A DNA stretch of 64,000 nt from Dendrobates tinctorius. Lineage: Eukaryota. The stretch lies in contig NW_027362015.1 in NCBI RefSeq assembly GCF_039654945.1, positions 992,001 to 1,056,000 of the forward strand, in the 5' to 3' direction. Of this stretch, positions 50,701 through 61,951 are shown in pieces; position 1 is the first letter of the stretch; the number at the start of each line of letters is the position of its first letter. The notes beneath the pieces were generated by a model, which was given only the letters and a program-made list of their open reading frames with translations, was not told the DNA's origin and ran no database searches. The position numbers and the translations under genes are program-made.

Positions 50701-52720
50701 CTCCTCACCGTCCTCCTGGGTATATACTATATACATCACTACATGACAGGACTAGAAGTGTCCGCTCCTCCTCACCGTCCTCCTGGGTATATACTATATA
50801 CATCACTACAGGACAGGACTAGAAGTGTCCGCTCCTCCTCACCGTCTTCCTGGGTATATACTGCACACATCACTACAGGACAGGACTAGAAGTGTCCGCT
50901 CCTCCTCACCGTCCTCCTGGGTATATACTATATACATCACTACGGGACAGGACTAGAAGTGTCCGCTCCTCCTCACCGTCCTCCTGGGTATATACTATAT
51001 ACATCACTACAGGACAGGGCTAGAAGTGTCCGCTCCTCCTCACCGTCCTCCTGGGTATATACTGCACACATCACTACAGGACAGGACTAGAAGTGTCCGC
51101 TCCTCCTCACCGTCCTCCTGGGTATATACTATATACATCACTACGGGACAGGACTAGAAGTGTCCGCTCCTCCTCACCATCCTCCTGGGTATAAACTATA
51201 TACATCAGTACAGGACAGGACTAGAAGTGTCCGCTCCTCCTCACCGTCCTCCTGGGTATATACTATATACATCACTACAGGACAGGACTAGAAGTGTCCG
51301 CTCCTCCTCACCGTCCTCTTGGGTATATACTGTATACATCACTACAGGACTGGACTAGAAGTGTTCGCTCCTCCTCACCGTCCTCCTGGGTATATACTAT
51401 ATACATCACTACAGGACAGGACTAGAAGTGTCCGCTCCTCCTCACCGTCCTCTTGGGTATATACTATATACATCACTACAGGACTGGACTAGAAGTGTTC
51501 GCTCCTCCTCACCGTCCTCCTGGGTATATACTATATACATCACTACAGGCAGGACTAGAAGTGTCCGCTCCTCCTCACCGTCCTCCTGGGTATATACTAT
51601 ATACATCACTACAGGACAGGAATAGAAGTGTCCGCTCCTCCTCACCGTCCTCCTGGGTATATACTATATACATCACTACAGGACAGGACTAGAAGTGTCC
51701 GCTCCTCCTCACCGTCCTCCTGGGTATATACTGTATACATCACTACAGGACAGGACTAGAAGTGTCCGCTCCTCCTCACCGTCCTCCTGGGTATATACTA
51801 TATACATCACTACAGGACAGGACTAGAAGTGTCCGCTCCTCCTCACCGTCCTCCTGGGTATATACTATATATATCACTACAGGACAGGACTAGAAGTGTC
51901 CGCTCCTCCTCACCATCCTCCTGGGTATAAACTATATACATCAGTACAGGACAGGACTAGAAGTGTCCGCTCCTCCTCACCGTCCTCCTGGGTATATACT
52001 ATATACATCACTACAGGACAGGACTAGAAGTGTCCGCTCCTCCTCACCGTCCTCTTGGGTATATACTGTATACATCACTACAGGACTGGACTAGAAGTGT
52101 TCGCTCCTCCTCACCGTCCTCCTGGGTATATACTATATACATCACTACAGGACAGGACTAGAAGTGTCCGCTCCTCCTCACCGTCCTCCTGGGTATATAC
52201 TATATACATCACTACAGGACAGGACTAGAAGTGTCCGCTCCTCCTCACCGTCCTCCTGGGTATATACTATATACATCACTACAGGACAGGACTAGAAGTG
52301 TCCGCTCCTCCTCACCGTCCTCCTGGGTATATACTGTATACATCACTACAGGACAGGACTAGAAGTGTCCGCTCCTCCTCACCGTCCTCCTGGGTATATA
52401 CTATATACATCACTACAGGACAGGACTAGAAGTGTCCGCTCCTCCTCACCGTCCTCCTGTGTTTATACTGTATACATCACGACAGGACTAGAAGTGTCCG
52501 CTCCTCCTCACCATCCTCCTGGGTATATACTGTATACATCACTACAGGACAGGACTAGAAGTGTCCGCTCCTCCTCACCGTCCTCCTGGGTATATACTAT
52601 ATACATCATTACAGGACAGGACTAGAAGTGTCCGCTCCTCCTCACCGTCCTCTTGGGTATATACTATATACATCACTACAGGACAGGACTAGAAGTGTCC
52701 GCTCCTCCTCACCATCCACC
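47721..52720 (-). repeat. 67-bp satellite array, ~75 copies, reverse complement of 40924-45008 (right arm)
   Basis: Unit TACATCACTACAGGACAGGACTAGAAGTGTCCGCTCCTCCTCACCGTCCTCCTGGGTATATACTATA. Confidence 0.97.
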
Positions 52721-52866
52721 ATATACATGTATAGTTGTCCTGCGGGGTTGAATGTTACAATTACAGGACCTTGGGATGTGCATGGTTTCAGGGAGGTATT
52801 ATAGCCCCCAGGTTGTGTGTGCCCCCCAGGTGGTGGCGATATAGGCCTTCTGACATCGGTTCTCAC

Positions 52867-53370
52867 CTGTTTCCGCTGGTTGCTGAGGCAGAAGGTGCAG
52901 ATTTGCTTAGGTTGGCCGTGCTCGGGCTCCAGATGTTTGGGACTGGCAGTGGTGGGGTGATGCTGGTAGTACGGGGGGCTCGTGTGGCAGGGTTGTCCGT
53001 CTCCGCATGCTTCTCCAAGCAGTAGTACATTTCCCAGATGTGAGATGTAGCTGGATGCCAGGCGTAGAGTCTCTATTTTGGAGAGTTTGCGGTCCGCGGG
53101 TTCGGTGGGAATGAGCGTGCGCAGGGCCGTGAAGGCGTTGTTGACGCTGTTGGTCCGGTCCCTCTCACGGGCGTTGGCCGTATGTCGCTGACGTGGTTCT
53201 CGATGCAGTCGCGGGCACTTTTTATGTTCCCTTTTACTTCCACCTCCTGAGTGATGGAATCCTTTTTCGCAGGAGCTGTCACTACTGCTGTCCTCATCGT
53301 CTGAGAGCATGCTGATGTCCGGGTAGAGAAAGCGGGCAGGCGGGGCATGGCGGAGCATCGCAAACGACAT
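52867..53370 (-). CDS. SCX: Scleraxis (bHLH transcription factor) coding exon 1, nested antisense in BOP1 intron 3
   Basis: MSFAMLR start; b[56 protein letters not shown]; [14 protein letters not shown]; donor CAG|GTGAGA at 52866. Confidence 0.97.
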
Positions 53371-53428
53371 ATTGAAGCGGTGGACAGCAATGCTGAAGGA
53401 TGACTTGGCCTCCACCTGTGACTGTATG

Positions 53429-54152
53429 GACGGATTGTCACTGCGTCCTCTGTGTCCCCGGACGGATGGTGCGCTGTCACTGCCTCCTCTGTGTCCTCGG
53501 ACGGATGGTGCGCTGTCACTGCCTGTGTCCCAGGACGGATGGTGCGCTGTCACTGCCTCCTCTGTGTCCCAGGATGGATGGTGCGCTGTCACTGTGTCCT
53601 CTGTGTCCCAGGACGGATGGTGCGCTGTCACTGCCTCCTCTATGTCCTCGGACGGATGGTGCGCTGTCACTGCCTCCTCTGTGTCCCCGGACGGATGGTG
53701 TGCTGTTACTGCCTCCTCTGTCCCCAGACGGATGGTGCGCTGTCACTTTCTCCTCTGTGTTCCCGGACGGATGGTGTGCTGTCACTGCAGACGGATGGTG
53801 CGCTGTCACTGCCTCCTCTGTGCCCAGATGAATGGTGCGCTGTGACTACCTGCTCTGTGTCCCCAGACGGATGGTGCGCTGTCACTGCCTCCTCTGTGTG
53901 CCTGGACGGATGGTGCGCTGTCACTGCCTCCTCTGTGTCCCCGAATGGATGGTGCGCTGTCACTGCCTCCTCTGTGTCCCTGGACGGATGGTGCGCTGTC
54001 ACTGCCTCCTCTGTGTCCCCGAATGGATGGTGCGCTGTCACTGCCTCCTCTGTGTCCCCGGACGGATGGTGCGCTGTCACTGCAGACGGATGGTGCGCTG
54101 TCACTGCCTCCTCTGTCCCCAGACGGCACGCTGTCACTGCCTGCTCTGTGTC
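53429..54152. repeat. 39-bp minisatellite, ~19 copies, immediately upstream of the SCX ATG
   Basis: Unit GGACGGATGGTGCGCTGTCACTGCCTCCTCTGTGTCCCC. Confidence 0.93.
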
Positions 54153-54199
54153 TCTGCTGCTGCCGTTCTGTCCATCTCTCTCCCCTGTATGGCGTCTCA

Positions 54200-54252
54200 C
54201 ACGTGTGGATGCAGCCCTCTGGCGGAGCTGCAGCTGTGATTGACTTTTTATA
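54200..54252 (-). promoter_or_regulatory. Probable SCX core promoter: TATAAAAA box and E-boxes
   Basis: Minus-strand TATAAAAA at 54252-54245; CAGCTG at 54231-54236 and CACGTG at 54200-54205. This is the first unique sequence upstream of the 39-bp repeat. Confidence 0.55.
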
Positions 54253-54989
54253 GTGACCCTTGAGAGTGAGTCTGGTTCCTCCCTCAGCCGGCAGCAGACA
54301 CGAGTGAGGGGGGCTCCATCGGAAGCTGGAAGAGGGGGGAAGGGAGTCCCCAGACGGCTGTGGGATTTAACAGCCTAGACTGGCCTGTGCTTCCTAACCA
54401 GCGCAGTATTAACCCTTTACACCGTCGCAGGCTTCTAACTGTGCCGCAGATTTCAGATTTTGCCATTATTTTGGAGAAGTGATGAAGTTTCAGCAATATT
54501 GATAACTTTTTGGGGATGTCTGTCCCTTAGTTGTGTTGGCCGTCATCCGTGATATCTGTGGTTCCTATTATACTTGGCCTTTGATTGTGCACGTGGACCT
54601 AAGGGAGCGCAGTAGATAATACTTGTGCCAGGAGTCTGTCCATACCTGTAGTCCTTGGCCTCTTGACTCCAACTTTCCCAATATTTGAACCACAATCAGA
54701 ATGTCAGAGTTGGAAGGGACCGCAAGAGTCATCGTGTCCAACCCCCCTGCCTAAAGCAGGAGTCACTAAACCATCTCAGACAGATGTCTGTCCAGCCTCT
54801 GTGTGAAGACTTCCATTGAAGGAGAACTCACCACCTCTCGTGGCAGCCTGCTCCACTCATTGATCACTCTAACTGTCAAAACGTTTTTCTAATATCTAAT
54901 CTGTCTCTCCTCCCATTCAGTTTCATCCCATTGCCTCTTGTGTATTCATGTGCAAATGAGAATAAAGATGATCCCTTCAGATATTTGTA

Positions 54990-55369
54990 ATAGGCGATAC
55001 TGTAGGAAAAGAAAGCGCCAATAGGGTCTTATCCAATGGAGATCAGAGTATAAATGCGTTTCCACTCACCTGATATTTCTTGGAGTTATAGCATACAAAG
55101 GAACTCAACAGAGTTAGCATCTGCCGCAGATCCACTGGTCAGACATTGACCGATTCAGAATTCTCAATTGGGAAGATTCGTGGATATTACCCGCTATGCT
55201 GCATAAAGGAATGTCCAGGCGTATTGGAGATACAAACGGTGGTTTTTATTCCCAACGCGTTTCAAAGTCACTAGGACTTCTTCAGGGGATGATACCTGAA
55301 GAAGTCCTAGACTGGACATTCCTTTATGCAGCAGCGCGGGTAATATCCACGAATCTTCCCATTTGAGAA
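54990..55369 (-). mobile_element. Penelope-like element fragment (pseudo-LTR with inverted partial copy)
   Basis: 14-bp flanking duplication TTCAGATATTTGTA (54976-54989 and 55370-55383). 55295-55372 is an inverted partial copy of 55158-55286. Contains a minimal hammerhead motif. Confidence 0.65.
55250..55289 (-). ncRNA. Minimal type I hammerhead ribozyme motif (possibly degenerate)
   Basis: UCCC-CUGAAGA-AGUC(CUAGU)GACU-UU-GAAA-CGCG-UU-GGGA: conserved core, stems I and II, palindromic stem III. Confidence 0.6.
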
Positions 55370-55438
55370 TTCAGATATTTGTAGTCAGCTATTAAGTCTC
55401 CTCTTCTTTTTTGCAGCTAAACATTCCCAGATCCTTCA

Positions 55439-55805
55439 GGGTGTGTGCACAAGCTGCGGATCCACAGCGTTTCTGGCCCTGCGGGTCCGCAGCAGAATCT
55501 GCTGCGTTGTACAGTACCATTTTACTCTATGTAAAATGGAAACCGCTGTGCACATGCTGCGGAATTTTCCGCGCGGTTTTGCTGCAGTTTCAAATCCGCA
55601 GAAAGAAATGACATGTCACTTCTTTTGTGCGGATTCCGCTGCAGTTTACAATCTCCTCCATTGGAGAGGTGATAAACCGCAGGGCAAAACCGCAGACTAA
55701 CCCGCACGTAAACCGCAGGTCTTTTGACCTGAAATTTATTTGCGCATTTTACAAAATCCGCGGGGAGGAATCCGCAGCACCTAAAAACTTCGTGTGCACA
55801 TACCC
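55439..55805. mobile_element. PIF/Harbinger-type MITE in the CR1 fragment
   Basis: GGGTGTGTGCACA...TGTGCACATACCC; flanks TCA/TTA; internally related to the 3575 and 40388 copies. Confidence 0.8.
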
Positions 55806-56080
55806 TTAACCATTCCTCGTAGGACATACTTTGCAGTCCGCTCACCATCCTGGGAGCGCTTCAGTACTTGCTCCCTTTTTTCAATGTCTTTTTCTAAAAT
55901 GTGATGCCCAGAACTGAACACAGTATCCAGATGAGGTCTGACCAAGGAGGAGTAGATGGGGATAACTGCTTCACATGATCTAGACTCTATGCTTTTCTTA
56001 ATACATCCTAGAACTGTTTGCCTTTTTTGCTGCTGCATCACACTGTTGACCCTTGCACAGTCTGTAATCTATTAGTATCC

Positions 56081-57258
56081 TAGAATCATAGAATGGTAGA
56101 GTTGGAAGGAACCTCCTGGGCCATCTGGTCCAACCCCCTGCTCAAAGGAGGATTCACTAAATCACCCCAGACAGATGTCTGTCCAGCCTCTGTTTAAAGA
56201 CTTCTATTGAAGGAGAACTCACCACCTCTCGTGGCAGCCTGTTCCACTCATTGATCACCCTCACTGTCAAAAAGTTTTTTCTAATATCTAACCTGTGTCT
56301 CCTCGCATTCAGTTTCATCCCATTGTTTCTAGTCTTTCCTTTTGCAAATGAGAATAAAGATGATCCTTCTACAATGTGACAGCCCTTGAGATATTTGTAG
56401 ACAGCTATTAAGTCTCCTCTCAGTCTTCTTTTTTGCAAGCTAAACATTCCCTAATCCTGTAACCGTTCCTCACAGGACATGGTTTACAGACTGGTCACCA
56501 TTCTGGTCGCTCTTCTCTGAACTTGCTCCAGTTTGTTGATGTGTTTTTTTTTTTTAAAATGTGGTGCCCAAAACTGGACACAATATTCCAGATGAGGTCT
56601 GATCAAAGAGAAGTAGAGGGGGATAATGACTTCACGTGATGTAGACTGTATGCTTCTGTTAATACATCCCAGAATTGTATTTGCCTTTTTTGCTGCTGCA
56701 TCACACTGTTGACTCGTGTTCAGTCTGTGATCTATTAGTATACCCAAGTCTTTTTCAAGTGGGCTGTTGCTTAGCCCTATTCTTCCCATTCTGTATATGC
56801 TTTTTCATTTTTATTGCCCAGATGTAGTACTTTGCATTTTTCCCTGTTAAAATACATTCTGTTAGTTGCTGCAGTTTATTTATATCTATTTGAATCCTCT
56901 CTCTCTCTAGTATTAGCTATCCCTCCTAGCTTTGTGTCATCAGCAAATTTAATCAGTTTACCCTCAATTCCTTCATCTAAATCGTTGATAGAGTTGTTGA
57001 ACAATACAGGGCCCAGGACAGAGCCCTGTGGTACCCCACTTGAGACATTCTTCCAACTGTATGTGCAGCCAGTTACGACCACTCTTTGGGTCCGATCACT
57101 AAGCCAGTTATGAATATACCTAACAGTTACCTTGTCCATTCCATACTTAGCCATTTTTTCAATAAGGATTGTGTGACATACTTTGTCATATGCTTTGCTG
57201 AAGTCAAGATATACTGTATCTACAGCATTTCCCTGATCCACCCAGTCAGTGATTCTGA
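56081..57258 (-). mobile_element. Degenerate 5'-truncated CR1
   Basis: RT fragments [19 protein letters not shown] and FADDTKL with frameshifts; ATTCTATG tail at the left end. Confidence 0.9.
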
Positions 57259-57802
57259 CATGACATTGGAGATGGCTATAGACAACCTGGAGCACCACCG
57301 GTCTCCGGGACAGTGGACGATTGGCCGGGAGGCGGAAAACTGCTTGATAATATGCGACCGATTCTTAGTAGCAAAAATTGTAACTAATATTGTAATCGGA
57401 CCACAAACTAACCCAACAATAATCATATATAAATAACATGGGAGACTTGGGAAGGCCTAAATGCTATCCCACCACGACGAGGTGAACCAAATTCGGGATG
57501 GTTCCAAACTCTAGTATTAAAACGTTTTCCCTTTCTGGGTCGCCAACTTGGACACCCACAATGGGAAGGTATATAAGCGTAATGTCCAGCTCAAAGAAAG
57601 GGCGGACACACCCTTACAGCAGGGGAGATATTCATTTTGTTTCTTAGGTTTTGTCTGTTTAATGGCCAGTATGAAACATGTTCCTATCTTTTGCATGCAT
57701 ACCAACTTATACTCCAGTCGGACAGGGGGCTGTCGGACCGACTGTAGATCACCTGTCTGATCATGGTTGGTCACTCCTGACCTGGCATCTGTTCCTTCTC
57801 AG

Positions 57803-57957
57803 GACATCAGGAACACTGTTGGGAATATTCCCATGGAATGGTACAAGGATTTCCCGCACGTCGGCTACGACCTGGATGGGAAGAAGATCTTCAAACCGCT
57901 GAGGAATAAGGACCAACTGGAAGAGTTTCTGGACAAGATGGAGAATCCAGATTACTG
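57803..57957 (+). CDS. BOP1: BOP1 exon 4 ([14 protein letters not shown]...KMENPDYW)
   Basis: BOP1NT domain start, canonical AG/GT, ends in phase 2. Confidence 0.97.
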
Positions 57958-58150
57958 GTGAGTGTCCACACCTCTACCCTGCCGACTCCAGGAGCACATT
58001 ACCTCCTCAACTCCGGTACCACGGTGATCCGATCCTGTCCGCACCAACTTCGGGACTGCGTACCTCACCCCGGGACTGTGTTACCCCCACTGATTTACGT
58101 GGTTTGTTTGTTTTTTAAGGTGTTTTTTTATTTATTTTTTTTTTTTATAG

Positions 58151-58268
58151 GCGAACTGTTCACGATAAGAAAACCGGTCGGGACATAAAACTGACAGATG
58201 AGCAGGTGGATCTCGTTGACCGGCTGCAGCGAGGACAGTTTGGAGATGTGAACTGCGATCCATACGAG
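58151..58268 (+). CDS. BOP1: BOP1 exon 5 ([39 protein letters not shown])
   Basis: Poly-T + TAG acceptor, GTATGG donor, frame continuous, Bop1 sequence. Confidence 0.96.
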
Positions 58269-58544
58269 GTATGGTGTAATGAGTGAGAAGTTTCCACCAG
58301 ACCCAACAAGCGCACCCTGCACTGCAGCGGGGAGACTCGCATGCTTGAGGCACTGCTTCTTTGTTAGATAAATTGCCTTTTAAATGTAAAAATTGTGCTT
58401 GGCCCTTTAGTAACTCATTAGTCACTACAATTTGTGTCTCACCTCCACTGGGTACAGAAGTCCCCTTTTTATTTCTCCAGCATTCTACTTGCCCCCCAAC
58501 CTTCTCTATAGCTAGTGCAGTCCTCCTGCCCAACCAACCCCATC

Positions 58545-60110
58545 CACAACTTTCCCAATGGTTGGTCATATCTTCCTGCCCCCAATCTCCCCAGTGGTTG
58601 GTGCAGGTTTACTGCCCCTCAACCTTCCCAGTGGTTGGTGCAGTCTTTCTGCCACATCCTCCATCCCCCTCTCCCACCTCAGTCTTCCCAGTGGTTGGTC
58701 CATCCCCCCTCCCACACCTTCCATCCCTCCTCAGTCTCCCCAGTGGTTGGTGCAGTCTTCCTTCCATCCCTCCTCAGTCTCCCCTGTGGTTGATGCAGTC
58801 TTCCTGCCACACCCTCCATCCCCCCTCCCACCCCAGTCTCCCCAGTGGGGTTGGTGTAGTCTTCCTGCCACACCTTCCATCCCCCCTCAGTCTCCCCAGT
58901 GGTTAGTGCAGTCTTCCTGCCTCACCCTCCATCCCCCCTCCCACCTCAGTCTCCCCAGTGGTTGGTGCAGTCTTCCTGCCACACCCTCCATCCTCCCTCC
59001 CACCTCAGTCTCCCCTGTGGTTGATGCAGTCTTCCTGCCACACCCTCCATCCCCCTCCCACCTCAGTCTCCCCAGTGGTTGGTGCAGTCTTCCTGCCACT
59101 CCCTCCATCCTCCCTCCCACCTCAGCCTCCCCAGTGGTTGGTGCAGTCTTCCTGCCACTCCCTCCATCCCCCTCCCACCTCAGTCTCCCCAGTGGTTGGT
59201 GCAATCCTCCTGCCACTCCCTCCATCCCTCTCCCACCAGTCTCCCCAGTGGTTGGTGCAGTCTTCCTGCCACACCCTCCATCCTCCCTCCCACCTCAGTC
59301 TCCCCTGTGGTTGATGCAGTCTTCCTGCCACTCCCTCCATCCCCCTCCCACCTCAGTCTCCCCAGTGGTTGGTGCAATCTTCCTGCCATTCCCTCCATCC
59401 CTCTCCCACCTCAGTCTCCCCAGTGGTTGGTGCAGTCTTTCTGCCATTCCCTCCATCCCTCTCCCACCTCAGTCTCCCCAGTGGTTGGTGCAGTCTTTCT
59501 GCCACACCCTCCATCCCCCCTCCCACCTCAGTCTCCCCAGTGGTTGGTGCAGTTTTCCTGCCACTCCCTCCATCCTCCCTCCCACCTCAGTCTCCCCTGT
59601 GGTTGGTGCAGTCTTCCTGCCACTCCCTCCATCCTCCCTCCCACCTCAGTCTCCCCTGTGGTTGGTGCAGTCTTCCTGCCACTCCCTCCATCCTCCCTCC
59701 CACCTAAGTCTCCCCTGTGGTTGATGCAGTCTTCCTGCCACTCCCTCCATCCCCCTCCCACCTCAGTCTCCCCAGTGGTTGGTGCAATCTTCCTGCCATT
59801 CCCTCCATCCCTCTCCCACCTCAGTCTCCCCAGTGGTTGGTGCAGTCTTCCTGCCACACCCTCCATCCCCCCTCCCACCTCAGTCTCCCCAGTGGTTGGT
59901 GCAGTCTTCCTGCCACACCCTCCATCCCCCCTCCCACCTCAGTCTCCCCAGTGGTTGGTGCAGTCTTCCTGCCACACCCTCCATCCTCCCTCCCACCTCA
60001 GTCTCCCCTGTGGTTGATGCAGTCTTCCTGCCACACCTTCCATCCCTCCTCAGTCTCCCCAGTGGTTGGTGTAGTCTTCCTGCCCCCTCCCTCCACCAGT
60101 AGTTGGTGCA
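58545..60110. repeat. ~58-bp minisatellite in BOP1 intron 5
   Basis: Unit CAGTCTCCCCAGTGGTTGGTGCAGTCTTCCTGCCACACCCTCCATCCCCCCTCCCACCT. Confidence 0.93.
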
Positions 60111-60468
60111 GTTTCTCCTTAGCTAGTTATTAATGCAACCACCGTCCTCTCCCCAGTACTCAGAGCAGTCCACCTTCTTCCCCAGTAGTGAGAAGCCTCG
60201 CGTTGGTATTTGGTGTGGCTGCTGTGCTCCATTGATGGGTGATATTACAGCCCAGCTCCCTGACACCCCACAGACGAGGCTAATTTCTGGCCCTTGTTCC
60301 ACCACTTGGTCACATAGAACCCCCTGTAACCCCTCCGTCCTTGAGGATGGCACAAGCCTCTTCTAGTGATAATTTGGTTTATCCTCCAATGAACCCACCT
60401 GTGCTGGCAGGCAGACTCTGCCATGTATGGTGCTTGCCGGTCTGATGAGCTCTGATCTTTTTCTGCAG

Positions 60469-60570
60469 CCATCAGTGGATTTCTTCACACATGAGACCAT
60501 GATCCATCCCATCACCAACCGACCGGCGGACAAGAGAAGCTTCATTCCTTCCCTCATTGAGAAGGAGAAG
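60469..60570 (+). CDS. BOP1: BOP1 exon 6 ([34 protein letters not shown])
   Basis: Canonical splice sites; conserved KRSFIPS motif. Confidence 0.96.
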
Positions 60571-60675
60571 GTAACAACATTTTGGCTGCTGGCAAGGGTG
60601 TGATCGGCCACATAACGGCAGCAGCTGATGCTGCTGCGGAACCTCCTCAGCGATCACATCTGTTGCTGTTTTTAG

Positions 60676-60888
60676 GTTTCTAAGTTGGTTCATGCCATTA
60701 AGATGGGCTGGATCCGTCCGCGGAAGCCTCGAGATGACACCCCTAGTTACTATGACTTGTGGGCTCAAGAGGATCCGAATGCCATACTAGGGAGGCACAA
60801 AATGCACGTTCCTGCTCCACGGCTGCCACTGCCAGGACACGAAGAATCGTACAACCCCCCTCCAGAGTACCTGATGACCGAGGAGGAG
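60676..60888 (+). CDS. BOP1: BOP1 exon 7 ([13 protein letters not shown]...[19 protein letters not shown])
   Basis: Conserved [15 protein letters not shown] motif; AG/GT boundaries. Confidence 0.97.
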
Positions 60889-60964
60889 GTGCGACATCTA
60901 TGTCTGTGAATCACCTGCTCTGTGTGTGAGGCATCATGTCCAACATCTCCTACATCCTCTGTAG

Positions 60965-61126
60965 AAATTGGCCTGGGAGCAGCAGGATGCCGAAGACCGA
61001 AAGTTGCCGTTCCTTCCCAAGCAGCACCTTTCCCTGCGCTCCGTGCCCGCATATGCCCGCTTCATACACGAGAGGTTTGAGCGCTGCCTGGACCTGTACC
61101 TGTGTCCTCGCCAGAGGAAGATGAGG
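60965..61126 (+). CDS. BOP1: BOP1 exon 8 (KLAWEQQD...[19 protein letters not shown])
   Basis: Hallmark [11 protein letters not shown] motif of Bop1/Erb1. Confidence 0.97.
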
Positions 61127-61196
61127 GTAAGCGATCACCAGACGAGCGCGCTGCACTTCATGGAACGGCCGCCTCATCTGTGCTTATATCACACAG

Positions 61197-61277
61197 GTCA
61201 ACGTGGATCCCGAGGATCTGATCCCCAAACTACCCAAACCCCGTGACCTTCAGCCGTTCCCTACCACACAGTCCATG
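61197..61277 (+). CDS. BOP1: BOP1 exon 9 ([27 protein letters not shown])
   Basis: Conserved LIPKLPxPxDLxPFP; CAG/GTGAGT boundaries. Confidence 0.97.
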
Positions 61278-61378
61278 GTGAGTGTAACTTCTGGCCGTTC
61301 CCCGGATTCTGCCGGTCCTGGTCCATCTGTCCCTTCTACCCCTCCGCTGATCGCTCTCCTTTCTGTTGCTCGCGTCAG

Positions 61379-61448
61379 ATTTATCGTGGTCACACATCCC
61401 TTGTGCGCTGTGTCAGTGTCTCTCCCTCCGGTCAGTGGATTGTCTCAG
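61379..61448 (+). CDS. BOP1: BOP1 exon 10 ([23 protein letters not shown]), first WD40 repeat
   Basis: GH WD40 start; CAG/GTACGT boundaries; ends in phase 1. Confidence 0.95.
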
Positions 61449-61809
61449 GTACGTGGATTCACAATCAGATGTTTTACGTTATTTCTGTGTTATGTCCTCC
61501 GCTGTCATCTGTGGAGCCGACACTGATTTATGGAAGGATGTAAAGATCTGCCATTCACATGTCTTGGAGACCTGGCTCGGAGGACGACGATTGCTCCACC
61601 ACTGAGATTTTGCCATCAGATAGTTTTTGTCTTCTGGATTATCACAATTTTTTGCCCAGCCGGTGCCAGACTAATGCAAGATTACTCTAATTCAGCCTTC
61701 TTAACCTGAGCACACTTGAACCTCAGAGGCCCCAAGGACAATATGTGGTCTACAGAACCCTGGTAAGTCACGTCACTAGCCAAGAGGATAACCTCACTGC
61801 TCTTCTTAG

Positions 61810-61942
61810 GATCTGATGACTCATCACTCAAGTTTTGGGAAATTTGTACCGGTCGTTGCATGAAAACAATTAATCTAGACGGGGCCATCAAAAGTGTGAG
61901 CTGGAACCCGAACTCCTCACTGGTGCTGGTGGCTGCATGTGT
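61810..61942 (+). CDS. BOP1: BOP1 exon 11 ([19 protein letters not shown]...[14 protein letters not shown])
   Basis: WD40 GSDD..W motif; TAG/GTGAGT boundaries. Confidence 0.95.
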
Positions 61943-61951
61943 GTGAGTATT

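Larger units (their letters stand above)
54694..56078 (-). mobile_element. Degenerate CR1 3' fragment carrying two nested insertions
   Basis: Reverse complement of the CR1 3' end and ORF2 C-terminus seen at 23600-24250. Confidence 0.85.

Noticed and set aside
40924-52720. CRISPR-like appearance of regular arrays
   Set aside because: Eukaryotic locus; units are contiguous with no unique spacers and there are no cas genes.
52642-53670. 342-aa single-exon SCX ORF
   Set aside because: The N-terminal extension is mostly repeat-derived with a GTG start, and the C-terminus reads through the donor at 52866. The true C-terminus is exon 2 at 36858-36896.
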